A DNA stretch of 64,000 nucleotides, taken from NCBI GenBank assembly GCA_964304625.1, contig OZ199839.1:8075885-8139884 (forward strand), given 5' to 3'. Of the stretch, positions 27,559 through 40,878 are shown piece by piece. The position numbers and the translations under genes are program-made. The DNA is from Kudoa neothunni. Its lineage: Eukaryota; Animalia; Cnidaria. The notes under the pieces are model-generated. The model was given only the letters and a program-made list of their open reading frames with translations, was not told where the DNA came from and ran no database searches. Numbering within the stretch: the first letter of the stretch is position 1; each line of letters opens with the position of its first letter.

Positions 27559-27866
27559 TATTTGATTTCTTAATAGGTAAATAGAAAAGTAGCTGATCAT
27601 GAATTAGCAACAAATATCTTTTTTTATCTAAGTGAAGCATTTGTACTTTAATATGATTATTTTTTTGTGACATTATTAGTAAAGTAGAAAAGTTTGTAGT
27701 TTTCGTTTTAATGCTATTTATCGGCTCTCAATTGTATTGTTGAAATGTTATTCAGTCTTATAGTTCGTGCTTCAATTACACAGTTTCGTACCTATTGTCA
27801 TCTAGAGTTATTCATTTGTATAATTATTATTAAAATTAATAACGCCGTTATAATTAAGAACCAAAA

Positions 27867-30128
27867 ATGTTGGTCATTGCATTGTTAATCATTTCTCTCT
27901 GCTACAATGGTGAAATAAGCTGGAAGTGGGATTATCTATAATAGATATATTTAGCCCACTCACACAAATACTACGTCCAACGAGATCAAACCGAATTAGA
28001 GGATACAATCCATTTAAAACTTGAAGGAGTTTCTGGAAGTAAATGCAACGTTCAATTGTTGGAAAGAAACGAATTTTTCTATCACTATATTGGGAGTGAA
28101 TCTGAAGGAAAACAACTTAAGGATGTCTCTTGTGTCGGGAAATACACTATTCCAACTGGAGCTGCTTTTCCATTCTATTATGTACAGATAAGATCCGAAT
28201 ATGCAACTGAAACTCTTAAAATAATCCATAGTAATTCTATTTTTTGAATATTTTTTCCTAATTTTCTTATAGTCACTGACAGTATTCCTCAAACTCAATT
28301 TAAAGTAAATGAAACTTCAATCGAATTCACCACTAAAAATGTCTGCAGTCATCCTCAAACTTGTAAACTAACAAGTGGTGACAAGGTCCTGGATGAGTTT
28401 ACTCCAACCTCTGAAACCGAGTGCAACACTGAAACCAAGCTCACCGGGTTTTTTGATTCAGTCGGTGATTCAGTCGAACTCTCTTGTGGTGTCAATCAGC
28501 CAAAAATACACATGTATAGAAAAAATAACAAGGCTATGGAATTCAGTCCTTTGGACAAACTTCCCTATCACATTGTTAAAGGAGATGCGGATAATAAGAT
28601 AAAAATCGTTTTCGATGAAGATATGAGAGACGAAATATGCAAATTTGAAATAAAAAAAGATGATACTAGTGCTGCTTATACATCAAAGTGCTCGGTTACT
28701 GGAGATGACACCAATTGTTATCAACTTTGCACTGACGTTGAAATGGAGTTAACATTTGCTGGCACAGAAAAAGATTTTAAAGTTAAAGTATCGACTAGAA
28801 ATCATACAGGAGCAGAGAAAATTTTAAGAAGTAAAATCCTTGTTTAAATAATTTTATTTAAATGTCAATTAGTTGACAAAAGTAACCTAGAAGTTACTCC
28901 GAAAGAAACTAATGCAACTCTTTCTATCGCGGCCCTTAAAGATACAGATTTGACCTCTGCATCTTGTTCCATTGAGTTGAGAAAGCAGGGATTTCCTAAA
29001 TTCAACATTGGCGTGAAATGCAATGCCGATTCAACTACAGCATGTCCAACAAATTGTGATGATGCTACCATTCTTGGTCTAGAACCGAATACAAAATATA
29101 TCGTCAAAGTGACTTATACTGGCACTGGTGAAAGTTCAAAAACATATAATGCAGAAAAGTTATTTAAAACAGGTAATAAATAAAAATTAATTTATCTAAA
29201 ATTTAATTAAGCTGACTACAATATAACGCAATTGCCTGAGATTAAAGCATATTACGAGCACGTAAAAATGACTGTAGCACCGAACGTGGCTCTGTTTGAC
29301 AGAGTATACTGTAAAATTCAACAAAAAATGGTGGGCGAAACTGCTTTCAGCCCATCTGAATGCGAAGAATCGGTTGATTGTTCAGGTTTATGTGGACAAC
29401 CACTCACTATTAAAAACCTTTTTCACGATACTGAATACGAATTTAAATATTTATTTGGAAAGTACGTTAGTGACCTTGATAAAAACAAGGTGACAGTATC
29501 GACAAGTAATGTACAATATTAATCTCTCAATAACATTTATTAAGTTGCAACGCTTCAAAAAATCAATGTTACCCACACATGGAATAACACCGATTTGATA
29601 GTCACAACGACAATGGAGCAGATGGACCCAGACCAAATTTGTGATTTTACATTTGCCCAAATAGTAGATGGAGTTGTCAAATATACTTACGGATTATATG
29701 ATAAAACTACTGGATGGGAGGGGAAATGCAACCAAGAAATAACCTTTTACAACACTGCTTCCTACAGAAGGGGCTCAATGAAAGTACAGGCCAGATACGT
29801 TAGTGAGCCGATCGTTGTGAGCCTTTGGGCTGGAGGAAATGAGGATAATTTTGATCCAAACTTTCCAGAAACTGGTAAACAAGGTAAATAATATTATATA
29901 AACATTAATTATAATCCATTTTAGGCACTTCGAATAGGTAAGATAGTTTATGTTAGAGTATTTAATTAACTACTAACTTTAATTTAGCGCTAATGTTGGT
30001 GGAACCAAAATTCTGTAATATTATCTGTTCCTATACAATTCTAATGATGATTTAGGTTGATTGTTGGTGGCGTTTTAATAGCATTGATGGTTTTTGCTAT
30101 TGTTTTCTTGGTTTTGACAAAGAAATAA
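27867..30128 (+). CDS. B2: Cys-rich FN3-like six-module membrane-anchored protein, about 640 aa
   Basis: Eight GT-AG introns (27910-27954, 28231-28272, 28831-28872, 29173-29211, 29506-29544, 29884-29924, 29938-29987, 30015-30055) give an open 1923-nt CDS. Signal MLVIALLIISLCYNA and C-terminal LLIVGGVLIALMVFAIVFLVLTKK*. Confidence 0.9.
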
Positions 30129-30222
30129 ATATCTCTCACTTTTCCATTGGATAAAACATTATTTGAATTTTTAGTTTAATTAGCTAAGAATGAGATTTAC
30201 GTTTTGTTAAAATAATTTTATA

Positions 30223-30630
30223 CAGTTGTGCCTCGATATTGCGTAATATGTAATATTTTGGGGCCGGGGAAAAATTACGCAATACCGAATCATCTGCGCA
30301 CTCATAATAACTTCTAATTTGACATTTCTTACAAAATTACTCATTTACTTTATAATTTTATATTAATTTATTAATTATTTCGCGTAAGACATCCTTAAAT
30401 TGATGTACAGAAAATAATTCAATAGGATTCTCAATGACACGTCTTTTCGCGGATTTATAAGATTTTGTACTCGAAGCGTTGTAACAATTTCTTCGTTGTG
30501 TATGAGATCAGAATCTTTACCCCAAAAAGTAAATTTACCTTGATTATCTTAATTTAAATGTAAAGTTTCGTTTTCTTCCAAATTCTCTGAGCATTTCATC
30601 ACGAGTTAGAAATTCCGTAGAGGTGTAGGT
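30223..30630. mobile_element. truncated copy of the 19350 pogo-like element end
   Basis: Directly similar to 19350-19700 and 40575-40878. Begins TA-CAGTTGTG. Confidence 0.7.
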
Positions 30631-30649
30631 ATATCAGAAAATAATAACT

Positions 30650-31620
30650 AATAAGCTTAAAAACTTCTCCTACTCTGTAAATTTAATTGTGAGAAGAGTT
30701 TAAAGAAACCTGAACGTCATCTGCGTAGTGTAGACATCTTTATATTAATTTAATTCTATTCTGGCTGAGTGCTCTCGTAAAATTTGGAAATCAAAATTAT
30801 CATCGCTCCAAACATAATCCATGTTTGTTAAATTAGATTTTCGATCTCCAACAAGTAATGTATTCAAATGAATGCCTCCAACTTACTCAAATCGAACTTT
30901 TCACAATTATGTCATCTTTGAAAATTCTGACAAATCTAAATTTTTGTTCTAAAGCAACCCATCTCCTAATAATTTATCTTTAATTATTAGGAAAAAGATT
31001 TAAGATCTCTTTTGAACATCACAAAGATGATTGACTTCATATTTTTCTTTAGTGATATCGTACTTCATTTTCTTCAAGAATAATCCAAATGGACTAACAA
31101 CCCACTCGAAGATTTTGCCATTGAGTTTTTTTAGGATATTTGTATTGAATAGCAATATTGATTTATTGTTTGTTTATTTCAGATGATTTAATGTCAAAGA
31201 GTCCGTAATTTTTCGAAAAAATTTATCACAACTGTAGTCAAGGCTGATGAGATTTGAACCGCTGCTATTGCAATGTAAAAATTCTTCAAAATTCATATCT
31301 AAAAATAATGCTGTAGGAACATAAAAATTATAGTAACAATATTGATTACTAGAGCTTAGCTAGACAAAAAAAGAAGTTATTGTTGATTTATGGTCACGGT
31401 AAGCTAACATGGCCTTACGCATAACACCTTAGAGTTAAACAGAGATATAAAATTCTTTAAAATAATAGTATATTTGCCTAATTTTTCTTCAGTTATATCA
31501 AATACTCATTAGTGAAAATTTATTTTATCAACGCTTGTATATTTCCTACATTGCGCTGGAGTTTTGGGGTGCCATTCATAAGATTGTTCAGCGTAGCTCT
31601 TTCATAGAATTAAAATAATA
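30650..31620 (-). repeat. decayed repeat, probably an hAT transposase remnant
   Basis: Directly similar to about 62510-63420 (e.g. GCTGCTATTGCA.TGTAAAA..TTCAAAATTCATATCT). Confidence 0.5.
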
Positions 31621-34120
31621 ATTTTTTTGTTAATTATTACAGTATGAACTAAAAGGGTTTATTACAAAATATTATATATTTCTTTGAAATACCATGTCTG
31701 TCATACAGTCGAAATGTTCTGAATCAGAAGATTTATACAGTCACATTTCACAGAAGACAATAATTTAACCAATAAGTATCGTAAATGCTCTGCCGTAAAT
31801 TCAAAAATTGAGTTGATGCTTGAAAGGAGAATTTTATTTCTTTAGAATATTCGGATAAATGGTAACCACTCTTCTTTGGAATGACTAGATATTTAAAAAA
31901 TATAACCCTGACTTCAAGTTCATATAAATATCGATAGGGAGTGTGGATGAAAAACAGCAGTTTCCATAGATGCATCGTTAACTTAATATCATATATAAAA
32001 ATTATTACATTTATATATAATTCAGTTGGATATCAAATAATGAACTAGTTTAATTAATCGGTTGCGGCCTATTCACAAATTATGAAAAAAGTATAATAAA
32101 TAGTTCATTTCAGACATAGTTTAACCTGGAGATAACTCAATCAAATCATTTTGAAGTGTTGGGTTTACTAAGGTAAAATGAGCTATAATTATTAGTTTTT
32201 TAATTTAAAATTGTTTATTCAATGTTTTATTTCAGTTTTATACACCTAATTCTATGAGGATCATAAGTAACACCGAAAAGTTATAGATAACTCAATATCA
32301 TTTGATGGTGTATTAGATTAAAATGTGTTTTACGTGCGAAAAAATTCTAGACAATCTAAGAATTATTTAAAGTGATCTAATCCTAGTCCGATAAAGACCG
32401 TAAAACAAATACATTAAGTTATAATTATTAAACATAAATGTCACAATTTTAAAAAAGCTGAACGTTTTCCTTCATAAATTGTTAATCTTTGGGTAACTAT
32501 ATTGTTAGTCATGAAGTGTATCTTTTTGTGATTATATTTACAAGGTGTAGTTTAAAATAGCTTTTAATTTAAATAGAAATTGGTATGGAATAATGCCATT
32601 TTATTTTCATTAGATGAGCCAATAAAATATCCTATTAATTAAACTTGAATCCCTTTATGACTGTAACGGTTTATAAAAATGAAAGCAGAAATAATTTTTG
32701 GTTCATTTTAAATGAACAATAAATACCCTAAATAACGAAGAATATAAATTTTAATCTAAATACTCATTCTTGTTTTGATGAAACACGTTATGGATTCTCA
32801 AAATTTGCCGAAAAACGAACTATAAAGATTTACTTCAATAAGGTAGTTAATTCATTTTTAATTATAATGAAGGACTAAAATTAAAAATCCACATTAAACT
32901 TGATTTTTTTGAAATTTGCAACCCCATGATCTTTTGAAATCTTGGGTCAATTTTAACAAACGAAAAAATTTGAAATTTTGTAACTGAATATTTAAATGAA
33001 TTTAAATACTTCCATTTCACTGAAAGTTTCCGAAACTAATGAATATTTTGTTTACTTACAAAACAATGAATGCGTATCTTTAACGGAAGTTCTTTTTATA
33101 TAAAATTTAAAATAGTTATAATTAAATAAGAATACTAAAGTTCCCTATTTTCCATAGAAAATGTAGAAAACTTTGCGCTAATTTTTTTATTGCCAATTTA
33201 TTTTCTAGAGACACAGAATTATGTGAGAAAAACGAATTTTCGTAATAAATTTGTCAAATATTAAAATAAGAAATATTATACGCGATATTTTATCAGTTCA
33301 CACAATATTATGACGTCACTATTGAAATTTAATTTATTAAACTTTGTTTGTGTGCAACTAAGAGATTAGTTTTGGGGAGACAAATAAGTTAATAATGTAT
33401 GTTGATAATGCATTGAATGATTCATGTAGGTTATATAAAATATGTGATATAATTACTTAGTTTTCTTTTGAATGAATAAACAAAATATTAATTTTTAATT
33501 AGGTTTTAAAGTTATCCCCAAATCTAAAAATGTTTGGAACTAGAGAATTTATCCAGAAACCTAAAAATCAATTGAGAATGTTCCTATTGATAAATATACC
33601 TACTTACTTATTTGATGACACACGTGTACCACTTAAAAATATATATTTAATACAACATTTGAATTTTAAATAATAATAAAAAGATTTTATATTAGCCCAT
33701 AAACTGTTGGTTCCATTGTATCAATTATTACGACTTTGTAAACATATTATCGCCTAATTTAAAACATAAATATTTTGAAATTTCACAAAATTACTTTGAT
33801 GATTAAATATGGGTACTTTTAACTGGTATAATGATTTTCAACTTTTTTTCAAATAAAACAATCCATTCATAGAAAAAATTTATTATTACATTTAAACATA
33901 ATTATTCGAATATTGATAAAATAATATTAATTCTCCCATATAAAATAATATCAAATAAATAAAGAAATACATTTAAAAAAATATGCGTGAAACTAAATAA
34001 TTATGTTTTATAAAGTAAGTAATGAAGAAATCTGATAAATAACTAATGCGTATGATATAATATTAATACTATTGCTGAATCGAACATAAATTTGTGATAG
34101 TATTCTTCATAAATAAAAAT

Positions 34121-37029
34121 CTAGTTTTTATTTTTCCAGTATCCGAAATAGAATCCAACGCCAACAACAATGATGAGCGCAGGAACTACTACAGCAATAA
34201 TTCTAAAATAGTCGATTAACAAAATATCTCCATCAATAAGTACATAGTATTTTTTGACCTAAAATAAATCAATTATAATTTAACAACTTGATGTTACATG
34301 GATTTGTTTGATTCATCATCTAATCAAAATATCAGAACTAATGAACACTAATATTTAATCAATTACCTTTCTGGATCTCGACAAAACCAGAGATATTGTT
34401 ATTGGTACTATGATACAACATCAAACGGTAATTGTTGGCATTATCCACATTGGAAATTGAAAATTCCTTGCACGATGGAAAAACAGAACAACCTTGTTCA
34501 CCAGTTGCCATGCATTTTTGGACGATTGGTTTGGATGGATCATCCCAATTTTTCAATTCCCATTTGCATAATGACTGTTCATCAACGCCTGTAGGAAGAG
34601 AAGTTTTAACATTTATGCTTTCGCCTTCTCTTGTAAACACCACAGTTAATTTGATTGGATTTTTAGTGGGGTTAAATTGTGGATCTAAATTAAAATTTAG
34701 TATTACTAGAATTAATGTACATATTTTTAATAATTTTAAAAATTTAATTAATTTAGAATTAGATTTTTTATTACTTAAGGGTACTTGGATGGTAGTTTCT
34801 GCAGATCTGCCGACAGCAGTAACCAAAACTTCATATTCCTTGTCTGCTACGTATCCTTCTTTGAATATAATATCAGTGCACAATGGAGGTTGTGTGCATG
34901 GAGTGATTTCTGGTTTTTTATTTGGAGGCGGCACGTTCTGTGGTTGGTGTCCATTAGTTGTCCTAGCTAGTGCTATTTTAGTAGTCTTGGATACTTTAGA
35001 GGTTGCTCCAGTGTTTGCTGTAGAAGCCAATGGTGGGCATTGGTAGACCAATTCGGATTCTTGCCCTTTCTTTACTTTTACTTTATATTGACAAACAGCT
35101 GTAGGATGTGGTGTTGAAAGTACACCTGTCACTTTGAAGCCCTTTTCTATAAATTCCGATTGTAGTGTGAGCGTTGACAAAGCTTGAAACATAATTAGTT
35201 ATATAATTAGAATTCAACTATTTATATACTCGTTGTAATTTTATGTTTTTTTTCTCCATAATCCTCATGTGCAACTATCTTTAGGTCATATTCGGTTCCA
35301 GGCATTAATCCTATAATTTTTTGTGACTCCTTGCAAAAACCCCTGCAAGGATAACTATCTTCGCACATGGCACACACATATACATCTTTTCCATGAGGGC
35401 TTATATAGTAAGCACAAGTCTTGTCAGTGGATGCAATTTCTTCATTCCCATCTATTGCCTTAACAGACGCGGCTGTATCCTTCACAGTTGGGGTTGTTGC
35501 AGAAAAGTTAGATTCAGATTTTTTATCTAAATATTTATTTAAAGAATATTCGTTTTCTTTTATATTACCTGTACGAAATAATATAATTTCTTTAAAACCT
35601 TGAAGAAGACCATTGGTATTCTTTGCTGCAATTTCAAGAATATATGGTTTTCCACTATCCAGACTTGTAATTTTTAGAGCAGTAGTGCACTCCGTTCCAC
35701 AGCTTGGACTGGCGTCTTCACATTCCGCCGTTACATCGGAAGCAGGTTTAGGTTTGTCTGCTTCATAATAGGTTACAGTACATGTAGAAAATTTGGGATC
35801 ATTTGTTGGTTGAAACAACGGAACATTTAATGTAACACCAGTAGGTGTGTGTTCAGACAATAAGGTAGAAGTTTCAGTTTCCGTGATAACTATGAGAAGA
35901 TTACCAAAGTTAAAATGTTTATGGAATACCAAATTTTTTCTGAATATATCCTTCATATGTAGTGCCACTTTTAGTTAACGATACGTGCCTGGTTTGAATC
36001 AATATTTCTACAACCGACTTGGAATCTTCGAATACAAGCTCAACATTATTACAAGGTGCAAAACATTTTTTGTTGTCCGAACCACAATTTGATTTGTAGT
36101 CTTCGGTATTTCCGGCTGCAAGTTCTGTTGACGGATCTCTTACACTGAATAGACACATTTCGAAGGGAAATTTGTTCGTAAACTTTAGCATATACTTCGT
36201 TGTAGCACTCGAACTAGGGGTCACATAATATTGTGGCTGATAAACATCAAATTTTGTAAGAGTGTATTTATTTTGAAGTTTATAGAAGAAACTGGGGTAA
36301 TTATCGCATTTCATTTCGTAATGTGGAATCATCAAATTAAAATCCACTTCACTTTGGCTATTTCCAGTGCAACTACCTCCAGCCGTTCCTCCATCATATT
36401 GCACGTCCTTGTAATACATGGGACATTTCACTGGTTTACAAGTTTTGGTGCTAAATTTCAGTTTTTGACCACTTTTCGCAATTGTAACTTGCGGATTGAT
36501 CAGTAATGCTAAAAGAAAATTACTGAAGATATTTGATGCTTTATATACGCAACTCTAATCCAAATACAGCCCCATCATTATTTTTTGTTGCAGCGTTCGT
36601 TGCGACAGTATCCGTAAAAACGGCAATATACTTAGTCTTCGGGGAAAAATTTCCAAGAGCGATTTTATTAGTATTTACCGAGCATGCCCAAACACATTGG
36701 TTAGTATCTGTTCCTTCAACACGACTAGGGCAATCACCAATTTCAACAAGATCCGTGTCTACATCATTAGATTTTTTGATATGACAATTTTTCCCCCCAT
36801 CATAATCTGCTCCACTTAATATCAAATTAAGTTTTAAGTCATGTGCCTCTACCACAAGTTTATAAATTAAAGAGTTTTCGGTAGCGGCTTGAATTGAACC
36901 ATCCCTCTGATCTCCATCGGTGTATATAAACGAAAAATAGGCTATAAATAATTTGTAATTTTTGTTGTAATTATTGTATATACTTGACAGAAAAGTACAA
37001 ATTCCTAAAAAGTAGACGAAGTGATTCAT
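34121..37029 (-). CDS. A3: intact Cys-rich FN3-like seven-module type I membrane protein, about 826 aa
   Basis: Ten exons with GT-AG introns (e.g. 36942-36983, 35527-35568, 34685-34774) join without frameshift. Signal-like N-terminus. FN3-like motifs FSPKTKY, LDSGKPY and LMPGTEY. TM IIAVVVPALIIVVGVGFYFGYW followed by KNKN*. Confidence 0.9.
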
Positions 37030-38070
37030 TATATTTTGCAAAAGATAAAAACGATAGTTGTCGTTCAATATAAAAATCAAAAATTTGATCGGATTATAAT
37101 TCATATATATATACACAAAATTAATGTTCGACTTAAACCCGATGAAACATCAATACAAACATTTCGGAAATATTATTTCATCTTAATCAATTATATTTTG
37201 ACAGATAGTAATCTACTGTCCTCAAAATTAATCTAAAGAAACATCATTAAAATTTGACACATTCTTAACAATTAGAAGGAAGTCCAGACTTAACATTATT
37301 TCACGTCGTAATACCGATTCAAATATCTACTAAAAAAGAGTGTATATGGTTCCTTTGACACCCATAATTACATAAAATTACAGCATATACATTAATACTT
37401 TTGATAACTTACAACAGATTTTGTATACATGAAACAAATTATTGTCCATTCTAAAGTATAGGATCCATTAGATTATAAAATAACTAAGATTTTAAATTCA
37501 ACAATATTTATTAGGGTTGCACCGATACCACATTTTTTAGAACGAGTACTCCAAATTTCAGTACTCGCCGATACCAGTACCGATTCCGATACCATGTTTT
37601 ACGCATGTCCACATTCTAAATTTCAATTATTTTAGACGTTTGTTGCATTCTAATGAGATTACGCCAAAATTTGTAATCAATAAAAAAAGTTTTATTTCTC
37701 TAAAATTTAATGATTTTGCTTAATAAGAGAACTTAACCGATTGTATTATGGGGCCGGTAAAATATTAATTTTCTCAAATAATGTTTTGATATCCACTACA
37801 TGGATAACTAGTTCATTTAGTAAGGCAAAGCAAATATTTAGTGCAAGATTGCTATTCTTTTTTCATGAACACATCAAATCATGAGTAATATATTTTATCA
37901 TATAATTAAATTGTTCGCTTGCCATATTTTGATAAGATACTAGCGTGAACTACCCAGCGTTGCATGGGGAAGATTTCGCATAGAGACGTTTCTTTAGAAC
38001 ATTAAAAAAAATATTATGTTTCAAATTGATTTACAGAAGCCGTCAAATTAAATTTTTTTTAAGCATCATA

Positions 38071-40067
38071 CAGTAGTGCAGGGATACTACACACTTTTTT
38101 GGGACGAAACATTTAGGTGCGTAGTACCCCTGCATTACGTAGTATCCATGTCCGCGCGCGCAAAATGAGAGAAAAATCTTAGTCGCGCGCCGCTGTATTT
38201 TGTATTTAACAACCGTATTTGCCCACCCATATTAATGGTAACTCGAATATATTTGGGAAAAATCAATAGTAAATACACGAAAAAATAAATATAAGGTGAA
38301 TAAACTATAATAATTCGAAATTATGCAGATTTTTTGAAATAATCGGTTATTTTATCGTATTTTGGGAACCGCGTCTTATGTTGCAAATAAAAAAGTCTAA
38401 TTTGGTTATATTTTCTAACATAGCTTGGTCATGAACGAAAAAAATTTCCTCAATTTATTTAAATGTTCGTAAATTCATTTATGGAACAAATAGTGCTAGT
38501 TTGTTCATAATTTTCATTAGAAGACGATTCATCCATTGTGTCGACTCCATTATTTATCAAGTTAACACATTCTTAATCAACGCAGTCTCTAAGTTGATTT
38601 CCTGGTAAATTCCTTTCAAACGAAGGGATGATGTCTGCTGAATCACAGTTATTAAAAAAGAATTATTTGTTAAAACAGCTTTTTATTGTTTTGTCAGTCA
38701 CTAATTGCCATGCTTCTTTAATCGTATACATAGCTTCAAGTAACTCTGAAGGATCATCACTTAAATTGTTATCGGAAACATCCGTGGAATTAGAAATGGC
38801 TTTATTTATAAAATAATTTGTCAGATGATTTTTGTAAATACATTTAAAACTGTTAATAATTCCCTGATCCAATTGCTGCAATACATTGGTTGTTTTGGAT
38901 GGGAAAAAACAGAGTTGGACGTTTGAAAAATTTAGTGTTGGGTGGGCTGGACAATTATCAACAAATAATAAGATACTTCTCTTGCATCGAGAAAGTTCAC
39001 GATTCCACTCCGTTAGTTATTTTGAAAAAATCAAGCTGGTCATCCAAGCTTTCTTATTTACGTAATAGGGAAGTGGGGGATCCTTAATCTTCCGAAAGCA
39101 ACGAGGTTTTTCAAAATTTCCAATTATTAATAACGGTCATTTTTCTCAAAACATCGAGAAAATGGCAAGAATAGTTACTCTCCTCTTTGATTTTTAGAAC
39201 CGTGCAAGTTTCCCTCCTTTTTAAATACGTAACCATACACCAAATTTCATATTGTGATACAAATTTAAAGTATATTTTATTTTTTCTTTGCTGATAAAAT
39301 AGCTCGGTCTCATTCTAATTAAAAATATCTTTTGGGTCATAATTGTCAATCAATTTTAACAGTTGATCTTTCCAAGAGGAAACTATTTCAGGACCGACAC
39401 TCTTAGACTCTCCTGTGAATTTGTTCCTCTTCAGCTCAACTCTTGAAGCAAAGCCTTGAAACCAACCTCTATTAACTTTAGAAGTTGTTTTTTAACTTCA
39501 AATGAATAGTCGTTGGCATTTTTAATTATATTATCCATTGATAACTCGATATTATTAGTTCTTATTAACTCAATCCACTCCTTAACTTTGGAATCTAACG
39601 TGGAAAAATTCCCTTTTCCTAAGGTTTTTCTGCTGTGATCTGGGTGTCCAGAGTTTAAATTGTTCATAATACCGCTCCTTTTTAATAATATGCTATTCAA
39701 AGAAGATATCGATTTGAGATTAAATTTCCCAGTGGTTTTAGTTTTTGAGCCATTGAATCCTTTTATTTCGTCGTAATAATTTATTATTTTAATCTTCTCA
39801 TCTAACGATCGATATTTTCTCTGATTTCTTAATTGCGTACTAACCATGTCGTTGGATTTAATTGGGGGATTTTTAATGCGCCGCAGTAAGCATGCGGCCA
39901 AATTTTCTCTGGTTGTGAGCAATAGTTTTAATAATAATTTTTCTTAATTGAACATTTTTAAGTTTATTGTACTATAAATAACAATATTATATATTATTAA
40001 TAGGAAACCATGCCATAATATCAAAAAGTGCGTAGTACCCCTGCTACGCAATATCCCTGCACTACTG
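38071..40067 (-). mobile_element. pogo/Tigger-like transposon, decayed
   Basis: TIRs CAGTAGTGCAGGGATA / TATCCCTGCACTACTG. ORF 39431-39922 has RSLDEKIKII (HTH-like) and ORF 38663-38881 has QQLDQGIINSFK (DDE_1). Confidence 0.9.
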
Positions 40068-40574
40068 TGCTTGTCGATTTTTATTTTGAAATTTAATATC
40101 CTTTGGCCCCGCATAAACTTTAATACGCTTATTTCGACAAACATTGAATTATTTTGTTTCTTTCTTAGTTATTAACGCCAAAGTTATTTGTTATTACTAT
40201 TTAGATTTTTTACTATTGATATATAACAATTTTATATAAACTAAATTTAAAAATAAACCTTTTGCAAATTTCTCAAAAACATCTCATTTTTCACTATAAT
40301 AAAAATACTTTATGAACTTTTAAATATAGATATTTATGTAGTAGGACTTGTTTTAGTTTATAATTTGTTTATTAAATTTTTTATTAGAAATTATTTAGTT
40401 TTTATTATTAAAATTCAGTATTTTTGTTTAAATGATAATATCAATTTTTATTACCTCGAAGTATGTGTGAAACATTGTTAAAAAAAAGTTAAATGTATTT
40501 TTTTTGTTTCATAAGTTTTTTATATGCCAAAATTTCCTAACAAAAAATTCAGGAAAATATACTGATTGTGAATA

Positions 40575-40878
40575 CAATCGTGTCTCAATATTGCGTAATA
40601 TTCTAGGACCGGGGAAAAATTACGCAATATTGAGCCATCTGCGCACACACGATAACTTCTAATTTAACATTTCTTACAGAATAACTCATCTACTTTATAA
40701 TTTGATAAAAAATTATTGATATTTTTTGTGTATGGCATCCTGAAATTGATATACAAAAAATAATTCAATACGATTCTCAATCACATACGTTTCTTTCGTG
40801 GATTTATAAGATTTTATGCTTGAAACGTTGTAACGATTTCATCGTTGTTCATGAGATTAGAATCTTCACTCCAAAAAG
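40575..40878. mobile_element. truncated copy of the 19350 pogo-like element end
   Basis: Similar to 19350-19650 and interrupted by the Merlin at 40879. Confidence 0.7.

Noticed and set aside
34121-34140. Di-lysine ER-retrieval signal in the tails KNKN* and TKK*
   Set aside because: The lysines are not at the canonical -3/-4 or -3/-5 positions.
34685-34774. Stop-free 3n introns (A3 introns 1, 4 and 6); retaining intron 6 would add a hydrophobic stretch
   Set aside because: Intron 6 contains stops in A1 and A2, so the read-through is not conserved. Short stop-free introns are expected by chance.
34432-35046. 204-aa plus-strand ORF and similar antisense ORFs repeated at each A/B copy
   Set aside because: These are shadows of the real exons on the opposite strand and recur only because the genes are paralogous.
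37512-37975. TAGGGTTGCACCGATACC end with short CCGATACC repeats, and ACTAG-bounded Helitron-like motifs (also near 2070, 44286, 51630)
   Set aside because: Probably TE termini, but no partner ends or TSDs were found. The repeats are not CRISPR-like.
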